DNA of 64,000 bases, taken from assembly GCF_009914755.1 (NCBI RefSeq), contig NC_060942.1; one strand, 5' to 3'. Positions 13,684 through 32,013 of the stretch are shown one piece after another. Each line of letters begins with the position of its first letter. The first letter of the stretch is position 1. Under the pieces are notes generated by a model. That model worked only from the letters and a program-made list of their open reading frames with translations. It did not search any database and was not told the DNA's origin. The position numbers were made by a program, and so were the translations under genes. This DNA is from the human T2T-CHM13v2.0 reference genome, Homo sapiens.

Positions 13684-15841
13684 TTACATCATAGAAACAC
13701 CCAGACAAGCCTGGACCTAACTGGGTTCTCCAGGCCTTTCCATGCCCAAAACCCATTACACTTTATTTGGTTTATCTAAAGAAAAAATGAGATCTTTGTT
13801 ATCTTCTAAAAAATAGGAATGTTTCCCACATTTGGCTCTCAGATCTTCCCTTAAGGTGGCCAGGTGAATTTCCTACAGTTTAGGAGCAGAGGAAATTCTT
13901 CTATCTACCCAAAATGCAGAATCAGAAGGAATTAGAGGCCATAAAGAAACTCAGGACAAAAAGCAGTAACATGCTCAAACTCATAGAGCTAAAGATAAGT
14001 GAGTCTGGAAATCCCATGTCCTGAATCTCTGTCCTCTCACCATGCAATTTTTTTTGATGACCATAAACCATGCACTGAACACCTGAAGTCACCTCTGTAT
14101 GGAGATGCTCCTGTCCAGCATGGTCTGTAAATGAATCACTAGGTGTGCAAAACTTTCCAGACATCAGTGCAATGTGCTTTGTTCTCTATTGCATATCCAT
14201 CTGCAAATGTGGGGTGTTTGTGTATTGAACTAATCTCAATGTTCAATACTCTTCTTTCTATAGCGGTCAGAAATTCAATATGTGTGGTTTGTCTTTAGTT
14301 AGAATGATAATCATCACTGCCCTTTCTTGGTTATTATACCAATTCTTTTCATCTTTATCTTGTTTTGCAATGGCATTGTTACTAAGGTCTGGCAGACATC
14401 CTTCTTCAATATAGTTGCTCAGCAGACATCTGTTGAACAAATAAATAGGTAATATGAATAAATACATGAATATCACAACACATATCAATTCAGTGGTATC
14501 TATAACTTACTGGACTGACTTCAGTTTGCAAATTAAACAAGGCATGAAATTTGAAATTAGTAAAACAATTTAGTTTTGGGTCTGTATGCCAGCTATCATC
14601 TATTTTGACTATTTTTAATCAGTTATTAGGATGCCACGGTTTAAATCTATAATGCATGTGCTTGTTTAGGAACTGACATTAATCCCCCAGCCTGGTCTAA
14701 TGGCCTCCCCAACTCGCTCTCCTGGTTAAACTGCCTGTATGGTTTCTATCTGCATATCTGTCCTCTTAGACCACCAATGAAATGTTCACCCTCTGTCATT
14801 ATTATTCAGTTGTTTCTCTTCTCTTCCCAAACCTCCCATTTTCTTTCGTGTGTTCAAAGCTTTTTCATAATTGGAGAATGAGCATTATAGGAAATTTGGT
14901 GCTGGGAATGAAGTCCTTTAAAACTATGTCAAATATACAACTCATAAAGAGAAGAAGAAAAATTGAAAACCCCAGAGCAAATATATAAAAATTCACATTT
15001 GCAGAATACATACACTAGAGAGGGAGGGTCTTATTTTCTTGAAAACATAACTCTCTCTAAGCCCTCCTCTCCAGCTTTCTCTAAACATGAGCTGTCCTAA
15101 TGAATCAAATAAGATTTGATTTGCAAAAATAATCATTTGAGCATGGGTTTAGGTGTCTTCTGAGCAAAAAACATAACTTATTCCTTAGTGTTTCCCTCAT
15201 AGTGCCTAGAAAGAAACTTCTAATGTAGAATTTGTCCAATAAATGTTGAGGAAGAGAAAAGGAAACCAAGGGAAGGCAAGTCGGAATTATGTACAGTAGG
15301 GCACACGAGTTAACTATGCCCTACTGTTAACTGAACAAAAGTTCAGTTTCTACCCTTGATTCGAAAGTGTCTTAAAATTGCTTGGCCACCTTCTCAAAAC
15401 CTACTAGGAGCAGATTTTGTCCCAAGTTGGACACATAGAGAACAAACCACCTCTTTTCCATGGCTGAGTGTTTATGGTTCTACATAGACATCCTTCATGA
15501 CTCCATATGACCCACAGGTGAAATTCAAACTCCAGGCACTATTCCCTGTCTGATCCTGAGCCCAGTCTTCTGTTATATTTCACCTGGCCACCCCAGAAAC
15601 CTGTAGTCTGGCCACACAAGAATTCTTGTGTTTCCCCAAACATGCGGTACTGTTGTGTGCTTCATGCCTTTATGCTGGCTGGCCTTTCTTCCTGGAAAGT
15701 CTTTCATCTCCTTTCAGTGAATGCTTCCAAATAAGTGCTGAGTGCAACCACCTTCTCAGTGACGTCCTTCCTCCCCAACAGTGAAGTCACTCATTTTTCT
15801 AGTAGTCATGGCTCTTACACCTGAGCCTGTGATCCTTCTCA

Positions 15842-16231
<390 letters not shown>

Positions 16232-17094
16232 TTAGTAGCCTCACATTTAAGCCTGGGGGATAGGTACTACTATTAGTTCTATTATTGATGAGTAAACTGA
16301 AGCACAGAGAGATTAAATAACTTACCCAGGCCTGGATAACCAGTAGCTTGTAGAACTGTGATTTGAACACTGAGAATGGGCTCAGAGCTTATCCTCTTAA
16401 CTGTTTTGAAATGCTGCTTTTTCATAAAAATTATCATACTGGTTGCCTTGTTACTTTTATTGTGGTATCTATGTTAACATAAATTCTGATTCTTAATCAA
16501 CCAGATCAATTATTTATGTTTGTATCTGAGACATATAGTAAATAAATTCCATTTTTAATGATTGTGCTAGAATATGCTAGTTCAAGTCACCTCCATAAAT
16601 CTCTAGTGTGGTCCCAGGTACAATGGAAGGTAATATGGGTGATCTTTTCGGCTCAGGGGAGATTTTTATTTTTATTTAAATTTCTTGTTCCAGCATCTTG
16701 TTTCATCAACTGGATATTCGGCTACCCAAAGACTAGACTGTTTCTTATATTTTACAGTCCCCCAAAGGGCACGGAGTTGCTGTATTCACAGTAGGCACTG
16801 AAACTTTTACTGAATAAATTAACACGTGCACAAAACTGCTTCCTTATAGCCAACCACCAGCCGTTGATTGAGAATGTAGCATCAAATTGAATATGTAGAT
16901 GATGACAAAACTTGGCTTATTGGGGTTCCAGCGTTCAGAGAGTTCGAAGTTAGTTAGGATGGCAGAGATCGAGCAATTAGTTGGCCAGCAACCTGTCATC
17001 CAAATTGCAACCCTCCAGTCAGGCATTTGGTAGTGTCCACCCTAAATGCCTTTTAAATATTCAAAGTTCTTTGGCTTTGTTCCTGGCTAGCCTG

Positions 17095-17330
17095 TTCTGA
17101 GCATATTCTCTGTGCCAGCCACTTTGCTAAGCATTTTATTGGCATTATCTCATTTAATCCCTACGATAGCCCTCTGAGGTAGGAGGTTTGTTACACTTTT
17201 AAAAAATAAGGAAACTGAAGCTTTAAGAGGTTAAATCATTTAAACAAGGTCAAATACCTAGTTAAGTGACAAAGCTGGGATTTAAACCAAGGACCGTCTG
17301 GCTCCAGGGGCATGGCCTTATCCACCAGCT
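17095..17330 (-). mobile_element. MIR SINE
   Basis: ttatctcatttaatcc...gaaactgaagcttt aagaggttaaat...gctgggatttaaacc. Confidence 0.75.
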
Positions 17331-20116
17331 GAAAACTTCTTTTCTTATAAGTGGCATATTTCCCAATTACTGACTAACGTATTTGGATTTTGATCCTTAC
17401 ACAGAATGCTTCTGTCTCCATGTCTTTGCTTTACTCTCCTCCTCTTAACCTCTCTCCCCTCTAAAACAAAGACTAAACAATTTCACAGGCTGTTTCTTGT
17501 GTCTTGAGACAGGCATAAAGAGTAAGGACTTCTGTAATAGGGATTTCATTTGGAAGGCTGAGAAATGGGAGTTTCAAAGACTGGAGACAAGATGCCAGTT
17601 CAGAATCAAAAAAAAGATTTTTGATTCAAACTAGCATCCTGTACTCACCTCTCTGGTTCCATGATGCTGAATAATAGTGTGAGGCTGCTTTTCCTGAAAT
17701 GCTTCTTTCTTTTTTAATAGCATTCTGCCTCCATAGCAGTCTGTGAATCTTTGACTCAGAGGCAATATCTCTCTACCAGTTCCAAACCTCCCCAATGACA
17801 GTTTCCTTTCTTAGCTCAAGCCCCACCGAGGGCTCTTCATCTTCACTGTACACTTCTGTAAACTTCCCACTACTCTTCTCTGGATGACCTAAAGACCTTC
17901 TCAGACACAGTTACTATTAAAATACTTCCCTTTTATCTTAACTCGTCAGTCTTGCTACAATGTAATGGCAGGCTGTCCATTAGCTCTGCGCACAATGCAG
18001 TGGTTGGAACCAACACAGACATCATCCAAATCAGACTTACTTTGGACCACTCTGGAGCCAGGCAACAGTGAAATTACCTTAGAGGAGGGTTGAAAGAAAT
18101 GCACTGCATCCATTTCTTAAACAGGGGCTTACAGAATCAACCAAGTAGAAAGAAATGTTGAGATGCATTTAACCTCATTAGTTTCAGTAGGACTGACTCT
18201 CTCCAATCCATCAGGGTTGAGCTACATTAGTGAAACTCAACTATTTCCAAATCTCATTTACATAATGGATGAGATGTGAAATGAGCCCAATGTGAAGGGA
18301 GCCGCCTGGAGGCACTAAAGTTTATCACAATATGTAAGAGTTCTTTTAGATCATTGCATTAAATTTCCACTAACAAGATAACAAATTAATTGTCTGTATT
18401 ACTGTACTAGCCCAAAGTCTATTGAGTACAGAGTATCAGCCGAGGAAGGCAGCTGGGGTTTCAAGGGCTACAGATGCTCAGAGATGCTTAAAGGGAGGTG
18501 ATGAATACTACCTTGGCTTTCTCCTGCCCCTTTAAGAAATCCCAGGCACCTCTGTAATCTGATGGTGGACTTTGGCTTTATTAGTGAAGTAAGCGAGGAT
18601 GAGTAAATCAACTGTATCAGACAAGCCTCAGGACATCTAGAAATTGATCATTCTGCCGAAATAAGCACTCTGTGTTTATTAGCTGGGAGTTCATCACTAT
18701 CGCTTCTCCTCATCCAATTGCTAAGAGATTTCAAAGACATCATCATGGTATTAGCTTGTCTGACTGAACTACTAGAGATAAAGATTAGGAGATCTATCTA
18801 ATGATGGGTCTGAGTTTCTCTGATTTTTTTTTTCACTTCTATTGCAAAGAGGAGAGCTTTTCTAGCACACATTCTGTATCTACATGTGCATGCCTGCACA
18901 CAATCACTATGTATTTGTATTCTACAGGAGGAATTCAAACAGTGAAATAAAGTAGGTGGTTTGAAGAAAGGACACCCAATAAAGCACTTAAAACAATGCA
19001 ACTTTCTCATCTCAAAAGACATGACTACTTAACAAGGGGAATGTATGCTGAATTGATTTCTCAAGCCATATACAGTGGGTGATCTTTTGCTGAGAAGACT
19101 AATTATATTCCATAACCTTATTTACAATCCCAACATCAATACATGGCCAAACTTCTACAGATATGTCCATAAAAGGTGAGGACATGTTGGGCTAATCTTT
19201 CGCAAGCCAGTAAATGTGCATTTATATGTTTAGACATATATTTATGTGCACGCATGCACTAAGTTCCTGATATCAAGCTCTTTTTTCAATGTGGCTTCTA
19301 AATAAGCAGTAATCAAAATGCAAATAAGGTGACCCAGTTAGCATTGAGATCTGTATTACCATGCAGATGTGCTCTGCCACTATGTGCTCTAGAGGTAAAA
19401 AGGAAGACACTACAAAAGATGCTTATATTAACTGGCATTGATTATTAAGTCCTTCACATTAGGAAGAATCTAGAGAAGAATCTTCTAGAGACAGTGGCCC
19501 TACAGCTTGTATCACATCTGGCATTTTTGGCTTGGTCTGTTTCTAAGCCATGCTGTGATTATGGCATAACAAGCATACACCAGGAGTAAAAGAAGACTGG
19601 TTTCTTGAAGTCTCAGAATATAACCTTTGAGCACCAAGCCAGCATGCTGGCCTGAGACGATCCAAGGACATGACTAGTGTCAGAATCATGCCTCTGCCAC
19701 CCTCTGTATGTGACACTAGGCACAGCAAGTCACATCCCCTTTCTGGGACTCAGATACCCAGGAAGGACTGGACTAGCTTTCTTCCACCCTTAACCTACCT
19801 TGATTTTACTTTACCGAAGCTCCAATATGTTCAGCAATAGCCTGTAACATGCTTTATGTCTATTACTATAGCAAATTCGTAACCTACCTGATTGCCAAGG
19901 ATGTAACGTGCATACTTGGTACATTGTACTACTAAATTGGTCTTACTTACATGCACGCATTGGTTTTTTTCCTTGTTAGTACCTTTTGCAACTCCCTTTG
20001 TTATACTTTTCAGAGAATAGTTACCACCCTATTGTCTCTGCACTTTTTAAAGCATGGTTGCAATTACATCAGCATTTTGTTTGGTTCTGTCTATCTGTGC
20101 TTTGTCCTTCTGTAGC

Positions 20117-20167
20117 ATGTGTGTGTGTGTGCATGCGCGTGTACACACGTGTGTATGTGCGTGTACA
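20117..20167. repeat. Alternating purine-pyrimidine (GT/GC/AT) simple repeat
   Basis: atgtgtgtgtgtgtgcatgcgcgtgtacacacgtgtgtatgtgcgtgtac. Confidence 0.85.
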
Positions 20168-21040
20168 AACCAACTTAGGCAAGAATTCTAACCTGAGCTT
20201 AAAAATATCTATGAACTTTAAGCTGGGTTCTGTGTGTATATATGTGCTTCTCCCTCCCCCACCACCACTGACCTGGGAAGAATAGAATCTGATGTTGGAG
20301 ATGCAGAAAAATTAAAACCTTTAACTTGGGATGTCTCCTCTTTGCAATTTTTATGTCTAATACCTCTCCATTCTAAATGATGTCATTGGACACTTCTAGA
20401 GAACACCTTTGAGCTGGCATAACCTTTCCACTATAGAATCGAGAGAGAGTGACTTCTACATTATTATAATTTACTGCATAGAGTAAAATACTCTTTAATG
20501 TAAATCTATTATTTTCTAATGAACAAAAATGTTATCTCCTCAGTCTATTTCTGCACTTCTGAATTAAGAAGGCAAGAACTAGCCAGACCATGTATAGTTG
20601 TTTCTCTGAATCTAGAAAGCTCAGAATCAGAATAGTGATTTATTCTGACCAGAAGGAAACCAAAGCAGAATGAGATTCCAAGTCTTGTCCAAGTTCATCT
20701 AACTATCATGGGGAAGAGCTTGCAATAACCCAATGTCTCATGATTTCAGTCTCTTAACTTTCATATTAGCAAATTATTTCTCTCTCATATAAGATATTAA
20801 CCAAAAATATCCATTGAATAATTTCTTTGGATCAGTCTTATGCTAGCAAGATATAGGAAAAGAATATAAAGTCTCTGCTTTCTAGGAATTAAAATCTTGT
20901 AGGGGACGCACTTAACTTTAACATATGTAAGAAATAAGTTTAAAATGAGCCAATCACTAAGTGTAGTGCTAAGAAGTAATCATGGTTAACACAATTGAGT
21001 GTTTACTATAAATGGGCACCAAAGGAAGTGTTCTTACACG

Positions 21041-21310
21041 TGCGTTAGTTTTCTCTTGCTGCCATAACAAATTTCCACAAACTTAGTGGCTTAAACAACA
21101 TAAATGCATCATCTTTCAGTATTGGAGGACAGAAGTCTGAATGGGACTCATTGAGCTAAAATCAAGGAGAGCTCCATTTCTTTCTAGAAACTGTAGGAGA
21201 TAATCCATTTCCTTGTTTTCTAGCTTCTAGATGCCATCTGCATTCCGTGATCATGACTTCCTTCCTCAGTCTTCAGGACAGCAACATAGCATCTCTCTGA
21301 CCCTGTTTCT
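21041..21310 (-). mobile_element. MLT1 (MLT1C/D-like) LTR, first part, interrupted by L1
   Basis: tgcgttagttttctcttgctgccataacaaatttccacaaacttagtggcttaaacaac matches the reverse complement of the MLT1 3' end. Confidence 0.85.
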
Positions 21311-24705
<3,395 letters not shown>

Positions 24706-27700
24706 ATATGTAAACTCCTTTAATCCACACAACAACGTCATTAACAGATGAAAAAAATTGAGGCATGGAAAGCTAATGCAACTTTCCCAAGATCACACAG
24801 CTAGTAAGACCAGCAGTCTCACTCTAGAGAATATATTCTTTACCTATTTGCTATATTTTATAGCATGTATACTATACACACTTTAATGGAAAAAAGGAGT
24901 TTAAGAATAGAGGAATATGTAGGCTAAAGTAGTTAGTGCAGTTTCCTAAAAGGTTTGAGCCTAGAATGATAGATGTGTCCATCTAACATTTGTAAGTACC
25001 TAGTATCTACCAAGCTAGGTGCCGGGGAACCAACAGGAAGTGAGACATGGTTTGTAACCCCAAAACTTTTACAATTGCCTAGAAGAATTGGCAGAGAAAT
25101 GAACAAATAAGTATGAAACAGGAGGTATATTCTGTTACAGAAGTATGTTCAGGATGGTGAGACGACAAATGGGAAGGAGGCCTGAACTCTACCTGACAAG
25201 AAGATGTGGTTTTAATTTTTCCCAGCTGCCTTTCCAGGCATAGCTCAGTATTTGTTTTTTTACAACTCATCCAAAGCACTCTTTTTGCAGCTGCACAAAG
25301 AAATGTAATTTCTGCTTTTGCTCTGGTCATTTTCCAGCCCTGGCAGGCCCTCCTTCTGCTTCTAGTTGTGGAATTCTACCCAACTTTTAATATTGAGAGT
25401 TCTGTACCTGTGTGTATCTTCCTGAGTGGATGGTTGACTCTGTTCGGAAAGGACTCAAGTTCCTGAGGCCTGATGGTGCTTGTCACCTATGGGTTCTTAA
25501 TAAACATTGAAATAATAAATGGATGAAAGGAGGTCACCTCAGATCCCACTGAGATCTCATTTGCCTCCTAATTTGTGAAGGACTCGTTGGACATCCTTCG
25601 TTGTTTGGTTTATCAATTTTATAGGTGTTTCTGTCTTACCCCCCTCTCCACTTCTAAACCATCTCTGTGAAGACAGAGATCACAACTTCCAAGTTTTGCT
25701 AGTCAACTCTCAAATGATTGTTAAATTCCAAATGATTTATTCTAGACTCAGTAAATAGTATTCTGCCCAAGAGTAACCTTCATCCTAAAAGGTGAAATTT
25801 ATCTTAGAATGAAAGTGATGATGATAAATTTCCTTCATTCATCTCTTCACTCATCCTAGAATGAAGTAAAACTTATTTGACATAAAACTAATGCTGATAG
25901 GGTCACCACCTCTGATTAAGCAGGTTGTTTGTTGTTCACAGGTGCCTGGCATGGGAGGAGAATGGGGATAAAATCCATCCTGTGTTCCTCTCCCCAAGCT
26001 ATGAGACCCTGGGGTTCACGTGCACACAGAAAGCTGTGTCTTTTTCTAATTTGCCCAAAGGTGCCCTCTCCTTACTAAGCTCTGAGTCCATGGAGCTGCA
26101 TTCACCTGGAATTTGCCTTTTTCTAATTCACCCAAAGATGCCATATGAATAGTAGCAGAGGCTCTGTCTTCTGATGATTAAAAAGTGCTTTAGGCTCTTT
26201 CATTGCCCTTATAAAAAGCCACAGCTACCCTTATGCTACAGAAAAATTATTAGAATGTAAATCTTGGGGAAAAGGGCCTTTAATTGTTTTGACCAGTGCC
26301 ATATTTAAAAATAAAATTTTTATTGACTTTGGCACAAAAAAATATTATTTCCCAAAACCTACGGGTATCTATTACTTGATTCACTTTATTCTATAATGTC
26401 GATTCCCCTTATTGCCATGAATGAAGTTCATTTGCAAACAAGAAAAAAGAACAATAGAATAATCTGAATAGACAACCATTATATTAGCGAGGGAATTATT
26501 ATCAAGTTTTCAAAAGTAGTTTTTTCCTTGTGAAAAATATGTCATTTACTGGTTTACCCAAAAGTCTACTTGTTATAGGGAAAGAAAGAACATTGAATTA
26601 AGTCAAGAAACATGGATTTCAGCTTCGCTTCGTCCACACATATGATATGTGAGCTTGGGCAAATCACTTGGTCTTCTGTGCCTTTATTTCCTTGTTCGTA
26701 AATTAGGAGTTTTACCATTTGCCTCTTGTCCTCCACAGGGATGCTGCAAGGGACAAATAGCATAATGCATATCAAAGCTCTTTGCAAGCTTAAAAACCAC
26801 TAACTGCTCAATATAACTCCCAGTCTATGCCAAAATCTGTCTTCTGCAGTGTAAAGGGAGCCAGGAAGATGACTAAAGGGACCAACCATCCCAGTGGTGT
26901 CAGCCTCTTCCACCATGCCAGCCTGGGCTTTCTTACCATGAAATATCTACATTTGCAAATCTTAGAATTACAAAATTAATTAAACTGTTCAACAAGCCTA
27001 TATTAATCACATACTATCTGCCAGGTATACTGTGCTCTGCAGCGGATGTTACAAAATGAATTACATATGGATCCCTTGGTGATGACTCCATCGCCTCTTT
27101 TATTTTAAAGAAACTATGCAGAACAAAGAACCAACTGGGAATCAGAGAATCTAGATCATCCCACCTCTTACAGCTGTGTGATTTTAGACATATCACATGA
27201 CCTCTCTGAACCCCTTGACTTTCTTATCTAGGAAAGGGTAGTAAATAGTAGCCATCCCACAAAGATTTTTGTTTGTTTTTCTTCCTATAGAGAAATGATA
27301 TAAAGTAGATAACTAGCTTTATAAACCATGGAACAACATACAGCTTCTCTAAGGTGAGGCTGGTTTTTATTATCCAAGGTTGCAGAGCTCATTAAAGGGA
27401 TCCTGGGAAAGTCAGCCACCACAGACCCTACTTTTCCTTCATGACCTCTGTGACCTTGAGCAACCTGGGGAAGAGGTAATTGAGCAGCAACTACTACTTC
27501 GGAAGAAACAGAATCGAAATATTGAAGCTATTGACTTACCCTTAAGGTAGTAAACAATGCTTTGGTCTCTGACCTTTTCGCATCCTGGGGCAGTCAATAA
27601 CCTGGCCGCTAGATGCAGCGCCTGCCACTGATTTTGATTTGGGAGTAGTTTAACCTTGAACTGAGCTCCAAGTAACCAAGGCAACAGGAAGTCAGCTTCT

Positions 27701-29369
27701 GCATCGAAGGAGCAGGAATCCATAAATCAAGTCCCTAATGCAAACACGGTGTGCAGGTAGAGGTTTGAGGGGATAAGTGGTCTATGAGAAATTACCTTTG
27801 AAAATGAGTGACTATTTCTACACAGGCTACAGCACAGTTTCAGAGACTTTTTTTAAAAAAAAAAATTATCAATAGAGGTCAATAGGTTATAGCGGAATGT
27901 TTTTCCTATAGGTTTAAGTTTTCTGTATTTCCTCCCGGCTGTGTCTTTTAATTAAGAACAGATGTTGGATCCACAAAGTTATTAGCATTGTTATTTTCCT
28001 CTTTAAAAACTTACTGGCCTCCAAATAGGCAATCCTCACTGCAGTTTGTCTCGTGTTGGGGTTTAGGGATGCTCTGAACACGCCTACCAAGGGTGCTATC
28101 CATACAGTCTACTTTCTGAGTTTGAGACAGTGATCCCTTCCCAGAGCACACCCGTGGCATTACAGATTGTCTCTGTGTAAGCAGTGGTGCTACATCTCAA
28201 TGGTCCAGTCCGTACAAGGTTAAATCTGGGTTTCTTTATGATCACCCTCTAGCATCAAAAATCTCCCTCCCATTGATAGAAGCCTGGTTCATGCTGGGAA
28301 GAAACGTTTCAAATGCCCCCCCGCCCCCAACTTTGCTTTTGCTCATCATAGAATATCAGTCACCACCTGGAATGAAGGGTAATGAAGAGACTTCCAGTAG
28401 CCTGCCCAATGCACTCTCCCAAGGACCAGTACCCCATCACCGTCTCCTGACACCTCTGCCCTCAGATAGATTTTGTGGATTAATGAGTGTTCATAGATTA
28501 GCATTTGTTTAAAGCTTTCTTAATATTCTTGTTGTGTTATTTCTAGGATTGTTTCCATTATCCTTTCAAAATCCAAAAATGGCTGAGAAAAATGTCCGGC
28601 TTTTCTTTTTCTTTTTTAATTTGTTTTTGAAATCATTGGGTGGTAACTAGAAAGCCGTACTATAATCTAGAAAATTCTAAAGGATCTAGGGTTTTCAAGA
28701 GAGCTAATAGTGACCATCTAAATTATAGAATGTTTTAAATATCATTTTATTACTTTTAGTATATTCTGTAACATGAACACTTGAGTAGCATAGTACACCC
28801 AAGAGAGATCTGATTGGATCAACTCTAATGAATTGATGTGGACTGAGACTAATTTGGATTGTGAGCATTTGCATAAAAATGGGTACAATTAAAGTGACTT
28901 GACTCCGTTTATTCCCAAGTGGGAGTTAAATATCTGACTGCTAATCCTGTTTATGGCCTTCATGCCCCAAGCATAGCATAATTTGAACAAAGAATTACTT
29001 TCCCAACTTGTGTCCACAGGTATAAAGATGACATATCAGTGAGTTTTTCCAGAGGAGCTGTTATGCAAAAGAAATCTGACTGCTTATATTTCCTGAGCTG
29101 TTCTGTGGAAATTCTGCCTCCATCCATTCGGTGGGAATGCCATGGTGGTGCAGTGTACCAAAATGGGAAATTTTCATCAGACTCATGCCTGCTCTGCCCA
29201 TTATCAGACTTTTTAGCAGCCAAGTTGTGAAAATACCTCAGTCATTCTGCCCCAGTGCCCATAGGCTTCTGGATATTTTCCAAACTGTGTTTGTTTTCTG
29301 AAAGGAATGAAAAGTTTAATACATATTTGTGGGTTTTTTAAATATTAACAATAAAGAAGGCTAAGAAGT

Positions 29370-29739
<370 letters not shown>

Positions 29740-30734
29740 CTATTTGGATGTGTCGCTTTACAAATGATTTTGAATGAATTTTAAATATGTCTGTACCTAG
29801 CCCATGATGAGCACACCTGCAAATTTTACAAACAAGGCATATTATACATACTTGCTACACCTTCTAGTTTCTTGATGGTTGTGCCTTGCAATCTGTCTGT
29901 CATAGAATTTGATGTTTGCCTATCTCCACCTTCAAAGTGCTATGAAATATAAACTCCAAGAAAAGCATAAATGGCATTTTTGTTCATGGTATCACAACTG
30001 GGAGTTTCAGAGACTGGAATGGAGAATAGGAGGAAGGAAGGAGGTAAATGTCAGCATGACTGTCTTCCTTAGGTAGTTACAGATGCCTTATCCAGGTGTG
30101 ATACTGGGGCCTCTTCATCCTTAGCATGAAACATGCTGTCAGCAGACTGGGGTCATGATCAGGTATTAGAGTTTGGCCAGGTGGACCAATGTGATCCCTG
30201 GGTTTAGTGTCCGGCTACCTGGAAACTTCCAGCTTTGACATTAATAGCTGTATGAGTGAGTTCGGGTCTCCTTTAACCTTTTAGAAATGTGTTCTCTTCA
30301 TCTGTAAAATTGAGAAAATGGTAATATCCACACTACATGCTTCACAGGGTTGCCACGAGGCCCAAGAGAAGCTGATCTCACTATGTGAGGTAGTGTTACT
30401 CTGGGAGGGGACTGGATCAGTCAGGTTAGTTGGGATAGAAAAAATGAGTCAAGAACCAATATGGTAAGGCCCAATTTGTTGTTGCTGCTGTTAGTGTTAT
30501 GTAGCCTGCAGATGAAGAAACTGAATAGGTAACCATTTGAAATGGATTCACATACCCTTAGCCTCTTGACTTACATTTGGATGAGTTAGAGAGCCTTGTT
30601 TTTGCATTGGGGTTGGAGGGAAGGTGCCCATATATTCTTAGTCATGTCAGGGAGAAGAACTGACCCTTTGCTTGCTGGTTACCACTGGTTCTGAGGAAGC
30701 AGCAGGTCATAGTAATGATAGTCGCAATAATAGG

Positions 30735-30985
30735 GATAATAATAATGTTAAGCACTTTTATAGCACGGAGTATGCACTAGGCACGGTTCTAAGCTCTTTA
30801 CATGGATTGACTTGTCGGATGCTCACAACAGCCCCTACAAGGTAGTATCATCACCACCCCATTTTTACAAGTAAAGAAGTTTAAAACGTGGAGAGATTAA
30901 GTAACTTACTCGTCATCACAGAGTTGGAAAATTGCAGAGCCTAGATTCAAGCTCAGGAAATGGGAATGCAGAATAGCTCTTACTG
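30735..30985 (-). mobile_element. MIR SINE
   Basis: tatgcactaggcacggttctaagctcttta...ccccatttttacaag...gagagattaagtaactt...gattcaagctcagg. Confidence 0.75.
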
Positions 30986-31776
30986 TTTGTTACACAGGAA
31001 ATTTCTAGTTCCTTACAGGGGCACCTCCTGACTCCTCAGGCTTTTCAGCATCATCATGACATGACATATGATGCGTGTTATGACCAGACACTCAAAGGCC
31101 CCCAAATCAGCTCTCCTTACCCTACAGGCTGATGACACACTAATCCCCACAGTTCATCTTCCACCTCCGGCATGCTGGCCTCATCTGGATCATGTTTACT
31201 CCCCACCCATGCCTTAGCCTATGCCCTTACTGAAAATGCCTTTCCTTCATCCTTGAAGCTTCAGCATGAGCCTTTCCTCACTTCTTTCAACACTGATCTC
31301 TCCATCCTTAGAACTCCCCAAACACCTAGGATAAGTAAAACACAAGCCTGCACGAGCTTGCTGTCCAATTTTTCCTTCTCATTCAGTCTTCTTTCCCCAG
31401 CTGGATGAGATGAGAAGTCTTACTAGGGTGGGAGCCATGTCTCTTCCACTCTGAACTCCCCTTCATGCTGCACACAGCACAGCCTCTGTAAAGATGGGAA
31501 TGTACATCCTCAAAAGGCAAAGGGGCACCTGATGGATTATTCTGCTTCATTAGGCCTATGCTGTGACCCCACCACTTCCAGGCAGCCAACCTAGAATGAC
31601 AACACTCCTAACTTCAGCCACAAAAGCAAAACCAGTCATAGCTATTTTTTCTCTTTTAGCATTTTTAAATTTCATTCTTGTTGTACCAGAAGGAGGTGTT
31701 CAAATCATTTGACCATTTCCTCAGATCATGTCCAGGTTACATGTTGTCTATCTTCCTGTTCCCTTAAAGTGACTGA

Positions 31777-32013
<237 letters not shown>

